Shown piece by piece: positions 51,749-60,169 of a stretch of 64,000 nt of DNA (positions are counted from its first letter, which is position 1; every line of letters starts with the position of its first letter). The translations under genes and the position numbers were made by a program. This DNA comes from an uncultured bacterium. GTDB lineage: Bacteria > Chlamydiota > Chlamydiia > Chlamydiales > VFKH01. The notes beneath the pieces were generated by a model. The model saw nothing but the letters and a program-made list of their open reading frames with translations, had not been told where the DNA came from and did not search any database. The stretch covers positions 568,813 through 632,812 of the forward strand of contig CAZVVT010000001.1 of assembly GCA_964630595.1 (NCBI GenBank). Reading direction: 5' to 3'.

Positions 51749-53451
51749 TCTGCTTCGATCATGTCCAAGAACGCTTTGAGCTGGCGCGCTCTTGTGGGGT
51801 GACGCATTTTGCGCAGAGCTTTGGCTTCGATTTGGCGGATGCGTTCACGAGTGACATTGAACTCTACGCCCACCTCTTCGAGAGTTTTGGGCTTACCATC
51901 GAGTAGGCCGAAACGCTGGATGAGTACGGTGCGTTCACGATCGGTGAGAGTGGAGAGAACATCGTTCATCTTGTCTTTCAAGATCGAATAGCCCGTTGCT
52001 TCTGCAGGGGATTCTACGGAAGTATCTTCCAGGAAGTCGCCAAATTGACTTTCGCCGCTATCGCCCACTTCGGCTTGCAGCGAGATGGGGTGTTGCGCAA
52101 TCTTGTAGATTTCACGGATACGCTCTGGCGTAAGCCCTAATTCTACAGCGAGCTCCTCCGGTGTTGGCTCGCGGCCGGTCTCCATCATCAACTTTTTCGC
52201 TCCGCGCAGCACTTTGTTGATCGTCTCGATCATGTGCACGGGAATACGGATGGTGCGCGCCTGATCGGCAATAGCGCGCGTCACGGCCTGGCGGATCCAC
52301 CAGGTTGCATAGGTAGAGAACTTGTAGCCACGACGGTATTCGAATTTTTCCACGGCCTTCATCAGGCCCATGTTGCCCTCTTGGATGAGGTCGAGGAAGG
52401 AGAGACCGCGGTTGGTGTACTTTTTCGCAATCGAGATCACCAGTCGCAGGTTGGACTCCACCATCTCGCGCTTCGCTTCTTGGCTCTTGTCCATCCAGCG
52501 TTGGAGCATGCGCACATCGCGCTTGAATTCATCGAGGGTGCGACCGGCAGCCAGTTCGCGCGCGGCAAGGCGGCGACGGGCAGCATCGAGCTTGGCTTTG
52601 GCAAACTTGTTCTTCTCCGCGCGCGGAATGAGATCATTAATCTCCTTCTCGAGCTTCTGGAAAACATCCCAGGCGCGCAGAATCTGCTCGGAGAAGTCGT
52701 CGATGATATTCTGGCGGTAGCAGAAACGTTTGAGGTAGGCTTGCGTGCGGATGCGCCCCTTTTCGATCTCCTCTTGAAGCTTGACGGCATCACTCTTCTT
52801 CGGGTTGCCGTGAAGCAAATTGCGCAAGAGACCTTCGAGGATGAAGTCCTCTTCTTTCAGCAGTTGGCAGAGCTTGGGAAGAAGCTTGAGAAAATGCTGC
52901 TTGTCTTCCAGCTCTTTTTCCGCCACCACTTTATCAAAACGCTCTTTGGCGAGTAGCAGCCAGTGACCAATCGAGATCGCCTCTTTCGTCGAATAGCGGA
53001 AGCGCATGATGATGTGCTGGATCTGCCACTGCGCCTTTTCAATACGCTTGGAGATCTCCACCTCTTGCTCGCGCGTGAGAAGAGGAACAGAGCCCATCTC
53101 TTTAAGGTACATGCGGACGGGATCGTCTGCAGTCCCTTCAGAACGCTTGGGCAGAGCTTCAAGCTCTTTTGCCTCTTTCTTACGCTCTTTCTGCTTCTCA
53201 ACATCGACAGCAGAATGGATTTGAATGTCCATGCCACTGAGGTAGATCAGGACTTGGTCAATGAGCTCGGGAGAGTCGAAGCTCATGGGGAGAACTTCGT
53301 TGATCTCTTCGTATGTGACCCAGCCTTGCTCGCGTGCTAAAGCGACGAGCTGGTCAATTTTTTCTTGAATATTAGCGTCGCCGACGCTCTCTGAATTTCG
53401 GGGGGGCATTAGGACTGCTAATATTGTTTCCTCACTGGAGCTTTTTGTCAA
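51745..53451 (-). CDS. rpoD: Primary RNA polymerase sigma factor (sigma-66 type)
   Basis: Near-identical blocks to chlamydial RpoD as I recall it ([86 protein letters not shown]). The track start is TTG 53451; ATG 53409 is an alternative. Confidence 0.95.
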   Translation of the reverse strand: MTKSSSEETILAVLMPPRNSESVGDANIQEKIDQLVALAREQGWVTYEEINEVLPMSFDSPELIDQVLIYLSGMDIQIHSAVDVEKQKERKKEAKELEALPKRSEGTADDPVRMYLKEMGSVPLLTREQEVEISKRIEKAQWQIQHIIMRFRYSTKEAISIGHWLLLAKERFDKVVAEKELEDKQHFLKLLPKLCQLLKEEDFILEGLLRNLLHGNPKKSDAVKLQEEIEKGRIRTQAYLKRFCYRQNIIDDFSEQILRAWDVFQKLEKEINDLIPRAEKNKFAKAKLDAARRRLAARELAAGRTLDEFKRDVRMLQRWMDKSQEAKREMVESNLRLVISIAKKYTNRGLSFLDLIQEGNMGLMKAVEKFEYRRGYKFSTYATWWIRQAVTRAIADQARTIRIPVHMIETINKVLRGAKKLMMETGREPTPEELAVELGLTPERIREIYKIAQHPISLQAEVGDSGESQFGDFLEDTSVESPAEATGYSILKDKMNDVLSTLTDRERTVLIQRFGLLDGKPKTLEEVGVEFNVTRERIRQIEAKALRKMRHPTRARQLKAFLDMIEAE

Positions 53452-54128
53452 TGAAAGGGCATCGTAGGTCGGTGCAATCGCTGGCCTATGACCTCCAGTT
53501 CCATATCGTAGCCGCTGATAGAGCTATCCAGCAGTACCCCTATCGGTGCATCGAATGTAAGGGTTTGGTCCACGTAAAACAGGGGGAGCACAAACAACCC
53601 CACTACTTCCACCTCTCACGCATCGGCTGCCGCACCACTTCCAAAAGCCGCGAACATTGGGAGGTGCAGTTCCATCTCAAACGCACCTTCACCTCTGCTA
53701 TCTTAGAACACCCTTTTACGGAAATAGGTCGGATAGCTGATTGCTATGTACCTGATCTTAAATTAGTTATAGAAGTTCAATGCTCTCCCATCCCTGTTCT
53801 TGAGATGCGGCAGCGAACACTGGACTACGAATCCCGCGGACTGTTTGTGCTCTGGATTTTGCATACCAAGAATTTCAAGGGAAAGACGGTGCCGGAGTTC
53901 TTTTTACGCCACCGCACGCACTACCATACCTCGATCGATGCGCAGGGGCATGGCCATATCTTCGATCGCAAGGGGGGCATTCCCGACTTAAACCAAATGA
54001 AGCACAAAGCCGGTCGATTTTTTTTCGCGCATGACTCTTTTGATAGAAGCAGCGGTCAAAAAAGAGCCGTCGTTCATGTTCCGCAAAAAAATTTTTTGAC
54101 GGTCTTTACCCATCCCCACGGGATTTAA
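53451..54128 (+). CDS. CoiA-like competence-family nuclease protein
   Basis: [63 protein letters not shown] parallels B. subtilis CoiA. Confidence 0.7.
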   Translation: MKGHRRSVQSLAYDLQFHIVAADRAIQQYPYRCIECKGLVHVKQGEHKQPHYFHLSRIGCRTTSKSREHWEVQFHLKRTFTSAILEHPFTEIGRIADCYVPDLKLVIEVQCSPIPVLEMRQRTLDYESRGLFVLWILHTKNFKGKTVPEFFLRHRTHYHTSIDAQGHGHIFDRKGGIPDLNQMKHKAGRFFFAHDSFDRSSGQKRAVVHVPQKNFLTVFTHPHGI

Positions 54129-54543
54129 CAGAAACCAGGGATTTCACCTCGAAGCGCAATTCTTGGATGATGGCGTCTTTCTGCTTGATGAGCTCGGTCT
54201 GCTGCGTCAGATGGTTTTGGACGGTGTCGGCTTGCTGTCGCAAGTGAGCCAGCTCCTCATCTCTGCTTTTGAGAGAGCTTTCCAGCACGCTGATCCTATC
54301 ATCGCGCCCATCGGGTCCGGAGGCCAGCGCCGGTACCGGCTCTTCAGGAAGAAGGTCCTCGCTCACCACTCTACTGCTGCGCAAAGAGCGCTGCATGAGA
54401 AAGAGTCCCATAAAGGCAAAGAGCATGCCCATGGCGATCAGCCCCCAAAAGGTGCGGGGGTTATAGCTCTGCAGTGCGGCAAACAATATATAGGTGAAGA
54501 AGGGGAGCAGATAGTAGAGGATAAAAGCTTTTTTATTTTCCAT
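54106..54543 (-). CDS. Inc-like membrane protein (bilobed hydrophobic domain + coiled coil)
   Basis: FILYYLLPFFTYILFAALQSY-NPRT-FWGLIAMGMLFAFMGLFLM hairpin near the N-terminus, then a heptad-like C-terminal region (DEELAHLRQQADTVQNHLTQQTELIKQKDAIIQELRFE). Confidence 0.5.
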   Translation of the reverse strand: MENKKAFILYYLLPFFTYILFAALQSYNPRTFWGLIAMGMLFAFMGLFLMQRSLRSSRVVSEDLLPEEPVPALASGPDGRDDRISVLESSLKSRDEELAHLRQQADTVQNHLTQQTELIKQKDAIIQELRFEVKSLVSVKSRGDG

Positions 54544-54545
54544 TA

Positions 54546-55403
54546 TTATTCCTCAATCTCGATACAAGCACTTAAGCCATTTACTCTCTTTTGCGGGCTG
54601 CGCGGATCGACTGCAGAGAGGGGCTCTATGCAGACGAAGGAGGCGTCTTTGGGGTGCCAAAGCTGCCACGAGGCAGGGCCCGGTGTTACATAGCGTACGT
54701 GGACTTTGCTTTTTTCAAAATGATGATCGATCCAGCCCATGCGCGCATCGGGGTGCGGGAAGAAGCCATGGTCGCAGGGCTCTTCAAAGCGGTAGGCCAT
54801 TTCGTTGTTATTGTAGTGAAAGAGGGGCGGCACTGGCTTAATCCCCGCAGGCGTACGGCAAGCGGGTTGCACCTTCGAGGTGACCTCTGTTCCTCTCTTA
54901 TAATAGTAGTGAAGTCCGCAGACAGAGGGGCGATCACCCGATAATTGCAGATTAATCCAGAGGCCCCACTCCACAATACGGGCCTCAAAAATCATGCGAA
55001 AGTTAAACCCTTCCAGCTCTTTATATGTGACACCGCGCCAGTTCATCTCTCCGTTGATCTCTGCACGCAGATAGCCGCGCTCACGCGCTGTTACCTTCCA
55101 CGGCACATAGCGCCCAATGCCGTGCGAAAAAGGCTCGGCAATGCCTCTCTCCTTCATCAGTTTTAAGTGAGGAAAAAGAGTGATATCCTTGACGGGAGGA
55201 GGATTCGTGCGGTGGTGAAAGTGGGGACCAATGATGGCTCCCAGCCCTGCTCCACGCTCTTCGAAGAGCTCCAGCGTTGATTGGTCGATCAGCTGCCATT
55301 CCCCGATTTTCAGACTCAGCAGGTTCATCCCTTTTTCCGGAGTGAAGACTGCTTCTATCGCTTTGCGGCTCGGCGTTTGGCCTAGGAGCTCAATGGTTTC
55401 CAT
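54546..55403 (-). CDS. Aldose 1-epimerase (galactose mutarotase-like) family protein
   Basis: Weak family-level resemblance only: about 285 aa beta-rich, with GPHFHHR and His/Asp/Glu spacing like mutarotase-fold proteins. Confidence 0.4.
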   Translation of the reverse strand: METIELLGQTPSRKAIEAVFTPEKGMNLLSLKIGEWQLIDQSTLELFEERGAGLGAIIGPHFHHRTNPPPVKDITLFPHLKLMKERGIAEPFSHGIGRYVPWKVTARERGYLRAEINGEMNWRGVTYKELEGFNFRMIFEARIVEWGLWINLQLSGDRPSVCGLHYYYKRGTEVTSKVQPACRTPAGIKPVPPLFHYNNNEMAYRFEEPCDHGFFPHPDARMGWIDHHFEKSKVHVRYVTPGPASWQLWHPKDASFVCIEPLSAVDPRSPQKRVNGLSACIEIEE

Positions 55404-55827
55404 TCTGGACGCTTATACCACTCTTAGTAAGAAAAGCAAAGTAAGCAGCAGCGGCGAAGAGCGCGAGGGCTTTGATCAGGTCGCTGGTAGGAAAGGGCTT
55501 TTCCAGTGCAGAGCGAGACGGATCACTAGAATCGAAGTAGACGGTCCAGGATTGTTCCGCCATCGCTTTGAGAGCAGGCTCGAGAACATAGGGGTTACGA
55601 CCATCAACGGTATGGAGAAGGCTGGCGCCTCGAACGAGTGTTCCATTCACCGAATATTCGTAGATCAACTTAGGGATGTAGTAGTCGCCCTCTTTCGCAG
55701 TAGTGAGCTCAATGAGGTGCGCGGGAGCTGCCGAGTCTAGTTGAAATTGGTTCCAAAGTGTGGAGAAAACAGAGGCGGTATAGAAAACACCGCCTAGCAC
55801 AAACAGGGCAATCGCTGCCCAGCGCAC
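55390..55827 (-). CDS. Small membrane protein, DUF3592-like topology
   Basis: N-terminal TM (AAIALFVLGGVFYTASVF), a central beta-like region (YIPKLIYEYSVNGTLVRG), and a C-terminal TM (LALFAAAAYFAFL). Confidence 0.35.
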   Translation of the reverse strand: MRWAAIALFVLGGVFYTASVFSTLWNQFQLDSAAPAHLIELTTAKEGDYYIPKLIYEYSVNGTLVRGASLLHTVDGRNPYVLEPALKAMAEQSWTVYFDSSDPSRSALEKPFPTSDLIKALALFAAAAYFAFLTKSGISVQNGNH

Positions 55828-55832
55828 TTTCT

Positions 55833-56099
55833 TTAAGCCGCCAAGCGCGATTTCACGCGATCGACTTTGCCTCTCTTGAAGATGCCTCTCTTAAGTCCTT
55901 TATCCATAAGACTATAGATAGAGCTCAGGAGGGTTTTCGCTTCTTCTGATTGGCCAGCACCGACAGCTTCTCTGTACTTACGCACCGTAGTTCCTACAGT
56001 GGATTTGTAGGAGCGGTTGCGCAAGCGGCGCTCTTCATTTTGCCGCGCTCTTTTCTTCGCGGAGGGGATACGGGCGGCGGTCTTCTTCTTCTCGGTCAT
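55833..56099 (-). CDS. rpsT: 30S ribosomal protein S20
   Basis: MTEKKKTAARIPSAKKRARQNEERRLRNRSYKS from ATG 56099. The longer ORF to 56153 adds non-S20 residues. Confidence 0.9.
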   Translation of the reverse strand: MTEKKKTAARIPSAKKRARQNEERRLRNRSYKSTVGTTVRKYREAVGAGQSEEAKTLLSSIYSLMDKGLKRGIFKRGKVDRVKSRLAA

Positions 56100-56170
56100 T
56101 ATAGTCCTCAAATAACTGCAGACATTATGCCTATCTAGTAGAAAATTTCTCAAGGGCTTAGTATTCCGCT

Positions 56171-56761
56171 ATGATCGACGATGTCTCTTCTGTAGGTCCT
56201 CCCCCTCCACCAGCGCCTCCGCCGCCAGGACCCAGTGGGCCCCCTCCCGCTGGCCCTCCAGGGCCATCCGGCGGTGGCGGTGGAGGCCCTCCTCCTGCAG
56301 CCGGCTCCGGCTCCGGCGGCGGCCCTCCTCCTGCACCAACGCCTGCAGACGCTCCCACTGATCCTTTTATAGCCGGAGGAACCATCTCCGATGTAGAGGT
56401 AACGCAGGCGGGCTATGTCTACTTCAACTTGACCATTCCCACCACCACCTCCGGATGGAACCAGGTCTATACCTATCGCGGAGCAGTAACCGCCGCGCAG
56501 CAAGCGCAGCTTGCCGCTGCCGGTTATTCGCCTCAGTCACTAGAGGATCTATCTCCTCCTCCGACGGTCACTTGCCAGGCCGCTTCAAACCAATCGACCA
56601 ACTTCCCCACAAACATGAACCAGTTTCAGGAGGAGTTTCCCGACCAATACGCCAAGTTCATGCAGGCGTTTGAGATGGGCGTGTTTACGCAGGTGAACAA
56701 CCAGCAGAACACGGCGATGCAGCAGATGAAGTCGACGATGCAGGAGATGTCGCAAGACTGA
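56171..56761 (+). CDS. Hypothetical protein with N-terminal poly-proline/glycine low-complexity region
   Basis: MIDDVSSVGPPPPPAPPPPGPSGPPPAGPPGPSGGGGGGPPPAAGSGSGGGPPPAPTP, then a Q/N/T-rich C-terminal half. Divergent from rpsT. Confidence 0.55.
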   Translation: MIDDVSSVGPPPPPAPPPPGPSGPPPAGPPGPSGGGGGGPPPAAGSGSGGGPPPAPTPADAPTDPFIAGGTISDVEVTQAGYVYFNLTIPTTTSGWNQVYTYRGAVTAAQQAQLAAAGYSPQSLEDLSPPPTVTCQAASNQSTNFPTNMNQFQEEFPDQYAKFMQAFEMGVFTQVNNQQNTAMQQMKSTMQEMSQD

Positions 56762-57695
56762 CGCGCACAGCTTCTTCGCTAGCGCAGATATGCACACGCT
56801 TCTTCGCCCTCGTTACGGCGGTGTAGAGCAATTGTTTGTTCAGCCCTTTGCTCTCCGGCAAGTAGAGATAGACTTCGTCAAACTCGCTGCCTTGCGACTT
56901 ATGCACCGTCAAACAAAAGGCCAGATCGTGTTTGGGCAGATCCCAGATCGAATATTGCGCGCCGGGAAAATAGGCTTGCTCGTTTTGGATAACGCCGAGC
57001 TGTCCATTGAAGAGCCCGCTACGCTCATCATTTTCTAAGATGATGATGGGGGTGAAGAAGGGGCGACGCTTTCTCTGCAGTCGCAGCAGCATCGCCTCAT
57101 TGATTCCCTCGCAACCCATCGGGCCCGTTGTTACAGGCGAGAGCGCAACGGCTCTTTGCTGCTCGCGCAACGCCTCTTGCGGCGAGTCGGTGAGGTAGCC
57201 GTCGGGACTCAAGTCAATGCTGGCTTTACAATGGCTCATCACGCGCGCGACATCTCCTACACGCACCGCATCGGCGAGATCGAGAATTTCCGGACGCTCA
57301 CTGCGCATCACGCGCGTTAAGCGTGTGGTGGGATAGCGATCGATCAAGTCGAGAAAGGGTTGGCCCAAACCAATGGGAGAGAGCTGATCGGGATCGCCGA
57401 CAAAGACAAACCGCGCATCGCGTTTGGCACACGAGGCGAGTCGCGCCATCAGAGGCAAATCGACCATCGATGATTCGTCAACGATGATCGCATCGTGGGG
57501 AATCACCTCATAGCGCGAGAGCAGTCGATGAATCGTCATCGCCTCCAGCGGCTTGAGCCGTTCCACCGCCTTTCCCGTAGGCGCAATCACAACAGCGTTC
57601 GGCAGCGCCTTTGCCAGCGAGATCAGCGTTGTGCTCTTGCCCGTGCCCGGCCCTCCCGTAATGATGGTCACAGGATGGGCAAAGGCCGCCTCCAC
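56685..57695 (-). CDS. recD: Exodeoxyribonuclease V alpha subunit (short RecD; start unresolved)
   Basis: ITGGPGTGKST, IIVDESSMVD, TVHKSQGSEFD, YTAVTRAKKRV. The first canonical start is GTG 57695, but in-frame RecD-like sequence continues upstream to the recB stop. Confidence 0.85.
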   Translation of the reverse strand: MEAAFAHPVTIITGGPGTGKSTTLISLAKALPNAVVIAPTGKAVERLKPLEAMTIHRLLSRYEVIPHDAIIVDESSMVDLPLMARLASCAKRDARFVFVGDPDQLSPIGLGQPFLDLIDRYPTTRLTRVMRSERPEILDLADAVRVGDVARVMSHCKASIDLSPDGYLTDSPQEALREQQRAVALSPVTTGPMGCEGINEAMLLRLQRKRRPFFTPIIILENDERSGLFNGQLGVIQNEQAYFPGAQYSIWDLPKHDLAFCLTVHKSQGSEFDEVYLYLPESKGLNKQLLYTAVTRAKKRVHICASEEAVRVSLATSPASSTSSAASPCSAGCSPA

Positions 57696-57784
57696 CGCTG
57701 CACGCTGCTGCGGCAGAAGATGCTCCTCCAGCTGCGGCAGAGCAAGAGAGGGCAGCGAACGCTCCAGCTTCTCTAAAATAATTT

Positions 57785-60169
57785 TTATGATGCGGGAATG
57801 AATAGCACACCTCCCCCGCGCACAAAGATATAGAAGATGCCGGCGTAGTGACCGCCGAAGGGCTTTAGGTAATCAGCAAACGCCTCGCCGTAGAGCCTCG
57901 CCTGCAGCGTATAGTCTTCCACTTCCATCACCTTGCGCAAACTCGTCTCATCATAGCTGGGCAGCGCGTGAGTCTTCCAGTCGATGAGATAAAACTTTCC
58001 TTCGTGCTCAAAAGCGGAGTCGATATAACCCTTGATCATGCCCTGACTTCCGCGGTGTAAAAACTCCACCTCTTTCAAATGTAAAGCCGGCTTTACATTT
58101 GCTAAGCAGAATCCATTCAACGGCTTATGAAAAGTTATCAACACCCACTCGCAAACTTTTTCGATGTGCGTTTCGAGAATGGTGCCGCGTAATTTGCCCT
58201 CGATCAGCGCGCGATCATTGGGATCGGTAATTTCCTCGAAAATTTCATGAATGAGCACGCCCACTTCAGCGCCGGAAGGAACACCGTCATTTGCATGCTC
58301 GATTGTGCCGCGCTGCTGCAATGCCGTGAAGGAGAGCACTGGGTCGACGTTGTCGATCTGCGGAGGAGGAAGGCGAATGAGGGGAACTTCTTTCTTCGCT
58401 GCATGGACGACAACTTCGCTCTTTTCCGCTTTCACAATCGTTGCCAGCCCTTTCTCGCACAGACGGTCTAAGAGATCTTCGCCCACGGTTTCGAGAAAGA
58501 GCTGCTGTGGGCTGTTTTCCATCTTTGGATGGCGGAAGAGAAAGAGGTGCTGTTTGGCGCGTGTGACAGCCACGTAAAACTGGCGCAGCTTTTCTGCACG
58601 CTGCTCTTCTAGGAAAGCGGCATAGGCGGGGCTTTCACCGGCAACATGTAGTGCCTCTTCATGCTCGAAGAGCAGCGCCTCCATCTTCGCCGGTTTGCAC
58701 AGACCGAGAGCAAAGACAACGCGAAACTCTAGCCCCTTGCTCTTGTGAATGCTCAAGATCGCCACTCCCTCGCCGCCCTCTTTTGCCTCCGCTTCCCAGC
58801 TCTCTAAACCATTCAGCACACGACCGGGCAGCAGTGGATCGCGCATCCACTCCTCTTCCGCCAGCTCTTCGATATCGAAAACGGCTCCCGTGCGCAGCGC
58901 CGCCGCTGCAAATCCTTTCTCGATCCATACCTCTTTGAGCTGCGAAAAGCGCTGCCGAGTTTCCACAGGATCGCATCCGATGAACTGCGGCATCATCAGC
59001 AAAGCTTTGATCATGCCGGGATCCTCGGGAGAAAGCAGCGCCTCTACCAACGCCTTTAATTCGACGAAACGGCTCTTTGCAGGCTGCCGATTGGTGCAGG
59101 GAATCCCCGCCTCTTTCAACATTTTTTCCACAAGACCGGCTTCGATGCGATCATCGACCAACACCGCCATCTCATCAAACGGGATATCCAGTTTTGCTGC
59201 TTGCGCGACAATGGCAGCGCGCAGTTCATCCAGCGTTTTGCCCTCGATGATGAAGAGCGCCTGCCCCATCGACTCTTTTGCCGCCTCCACAACCGGAGCC
59301 TTCTCCTTGTAGTGGATGCGCGGCAGATGGAGCCACTCTCTTTCCGCAAAGAGCGCGTTGAAGACATCGATCAGCTCTTTTGAGGAGCGCCAATTCGTGC
59401 TCAAGTGCACGTGATGGTCAATGGACTGCTTGGCTTCCATGTAGGTATAGACATCGGCGCGTCGAAAGGAATAGATCGACTGCTTGGGATCTCCAATCAA
59501 ATAGAGCGGGCAGCGATCCAAAAAGAGCCCGGAAAGAATTTTCCACTGCAGTGGGTCGGTATCTTGAAATTCATCGACAATGACCGCGTCCGCCAAATCT
59601 TGGCGAATCAGCGGCAGGCCATCCACCATGCGGTGGAGCAGATCATCTTGCGTATGAAAATAGTGGCGTCCGCTGACCTTAATACGCTGCAGCCGCTCTG
59701 CAACAATGGAAGTGAGATCTCCCTGCACAGCAACGGGCAGTCTTCCTTTCAGCTGCCGCGCGATCTTATTCGCAAGAAAGGGGATCGAGACCTTGAGCTC
59801 TTCCGGGTCAATGTCTTCCAGCCCCTGCCAAGCGATATCGAAGAGAAGAGCGTCGATGCTGGCTCGGTTTTCCTCCGGCGCTGGAACCAACGTGAGCTTT
59901 TGCAGCACCTGCGCACAAAAAGAATGGATCGTTGAGATTGGTGCATCAAGGAATTTTTTTAACGCCTCTTCCACTTTGGGGCTTTTATGGCGCGCTTCGA
60001 GCAGATGTTTGCGAATGCGCATCTTGAGTTCCGCGGTGGCAGCGCGTGTGAAGGTCATCACCAAGATGCGGTCGATGGGCACACCTGCGATCACCTGCTC
60101 AACGACGAGATTGGCGATGGTGTGCGTTTTGCCCGTGCCTGCAGAGGCTTCGATGACGCAGCTCTTCAT
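57785..60169 (-). CDS. recB: Exodeoxyribonuclease V beta subunit-like helicase-nuclease (compact RecB)
   Basis: IEASAGTGKTHTI, VDEFQDTD, YVAVTRAK, and the C-terminal PD-(D/E)XK motif GYIDSAFEHEGKFYLIDWKT. Confidence 0.88.
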   Translation of the reverse strand: MKSCVIEASAGTGKTHTIANLVVEQVIAGVPIDRILVMTFTRAATAELKMRIRKHLLEARHKSPKVEEALKKFLDAPISTIHSFCAQVLQKLTLVPAPEENRASIDALLFDIAWQGLEDIDPEELKVSIPFLANKIARQLKGRLPVAVQGDLTSIVAERLQRIKVSGRHYFHTQDDLLHRMVDGLPLIRQDLADAVIVDEFQDTDPLQWKILSGLFLDRCPLYLIGDPKQSIYSFRRADVYTYMEAKQSIDHHVHLSTNWRSSKELIDVFNALFAEREWLHLPRIHYKEKAPVVEAAKESMGQALFIIEGKTLDELRAAIVAQAAKLDIPFDEMAVLVDDRIEAGLVEKMLKEAGIPCTNRQPAKSRFVELKALVEALLSPEDPGMIKALLMMPQFIGCDPVETRQRFSQLKEVWIEKGFAAAALRTGAVFDIEELAEEEWMRDPLLPGRVLNGLESWEAEAKEGGEGVAILSIHKSKGLEFRVVFALGLCKPAKMEALLFEHEEALHVAGESPAYAAFLEEQRAEKLRQFYVAVTRAKQHLFLFRHPKMENSPQQLFLETVGEDLLDRLCEKGLATIVKAEKSEVVVHAAKKEVPLIRLPPPQIDNVDPVLSFTALQQRGTIEHANDGVPSGAEVGVLIHEIFEEITDPNDRALIEGKLRGTILETHIEKVCEWVLITFHKPLNGFCLANVKPALHLKEVEFLHRGSQGMIKGYIDSAFEHEGKFYLIDWKTHALPSYDETSLRKVMEVEDYTLQARLYGEAFADYLKPFGGHYAGIFYIFVRGGGVLFIPAS

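Noticed and set aside
56150-56503. Minus-strand Gly/Arg/Pro-rich ORFs (117 and 75 aa) opposite the poly-proline gene
   Set aside because: They are complementary reading of a CCN/GGN-rich tract. The + strand ORF is longer, has an ATG start, and continues into a non-repetitive domain. The call remains provisional.
57780-57830. Programmed -1 frameshift site fusing RecB to RecD
   Set aside because: The frame relationship allows it, but there is no X XXY YYZ heptamer (the best candidate, cgggggagg, has only five G) and no obvious downstream structure. It is kept only as one alternative in the recD finding.
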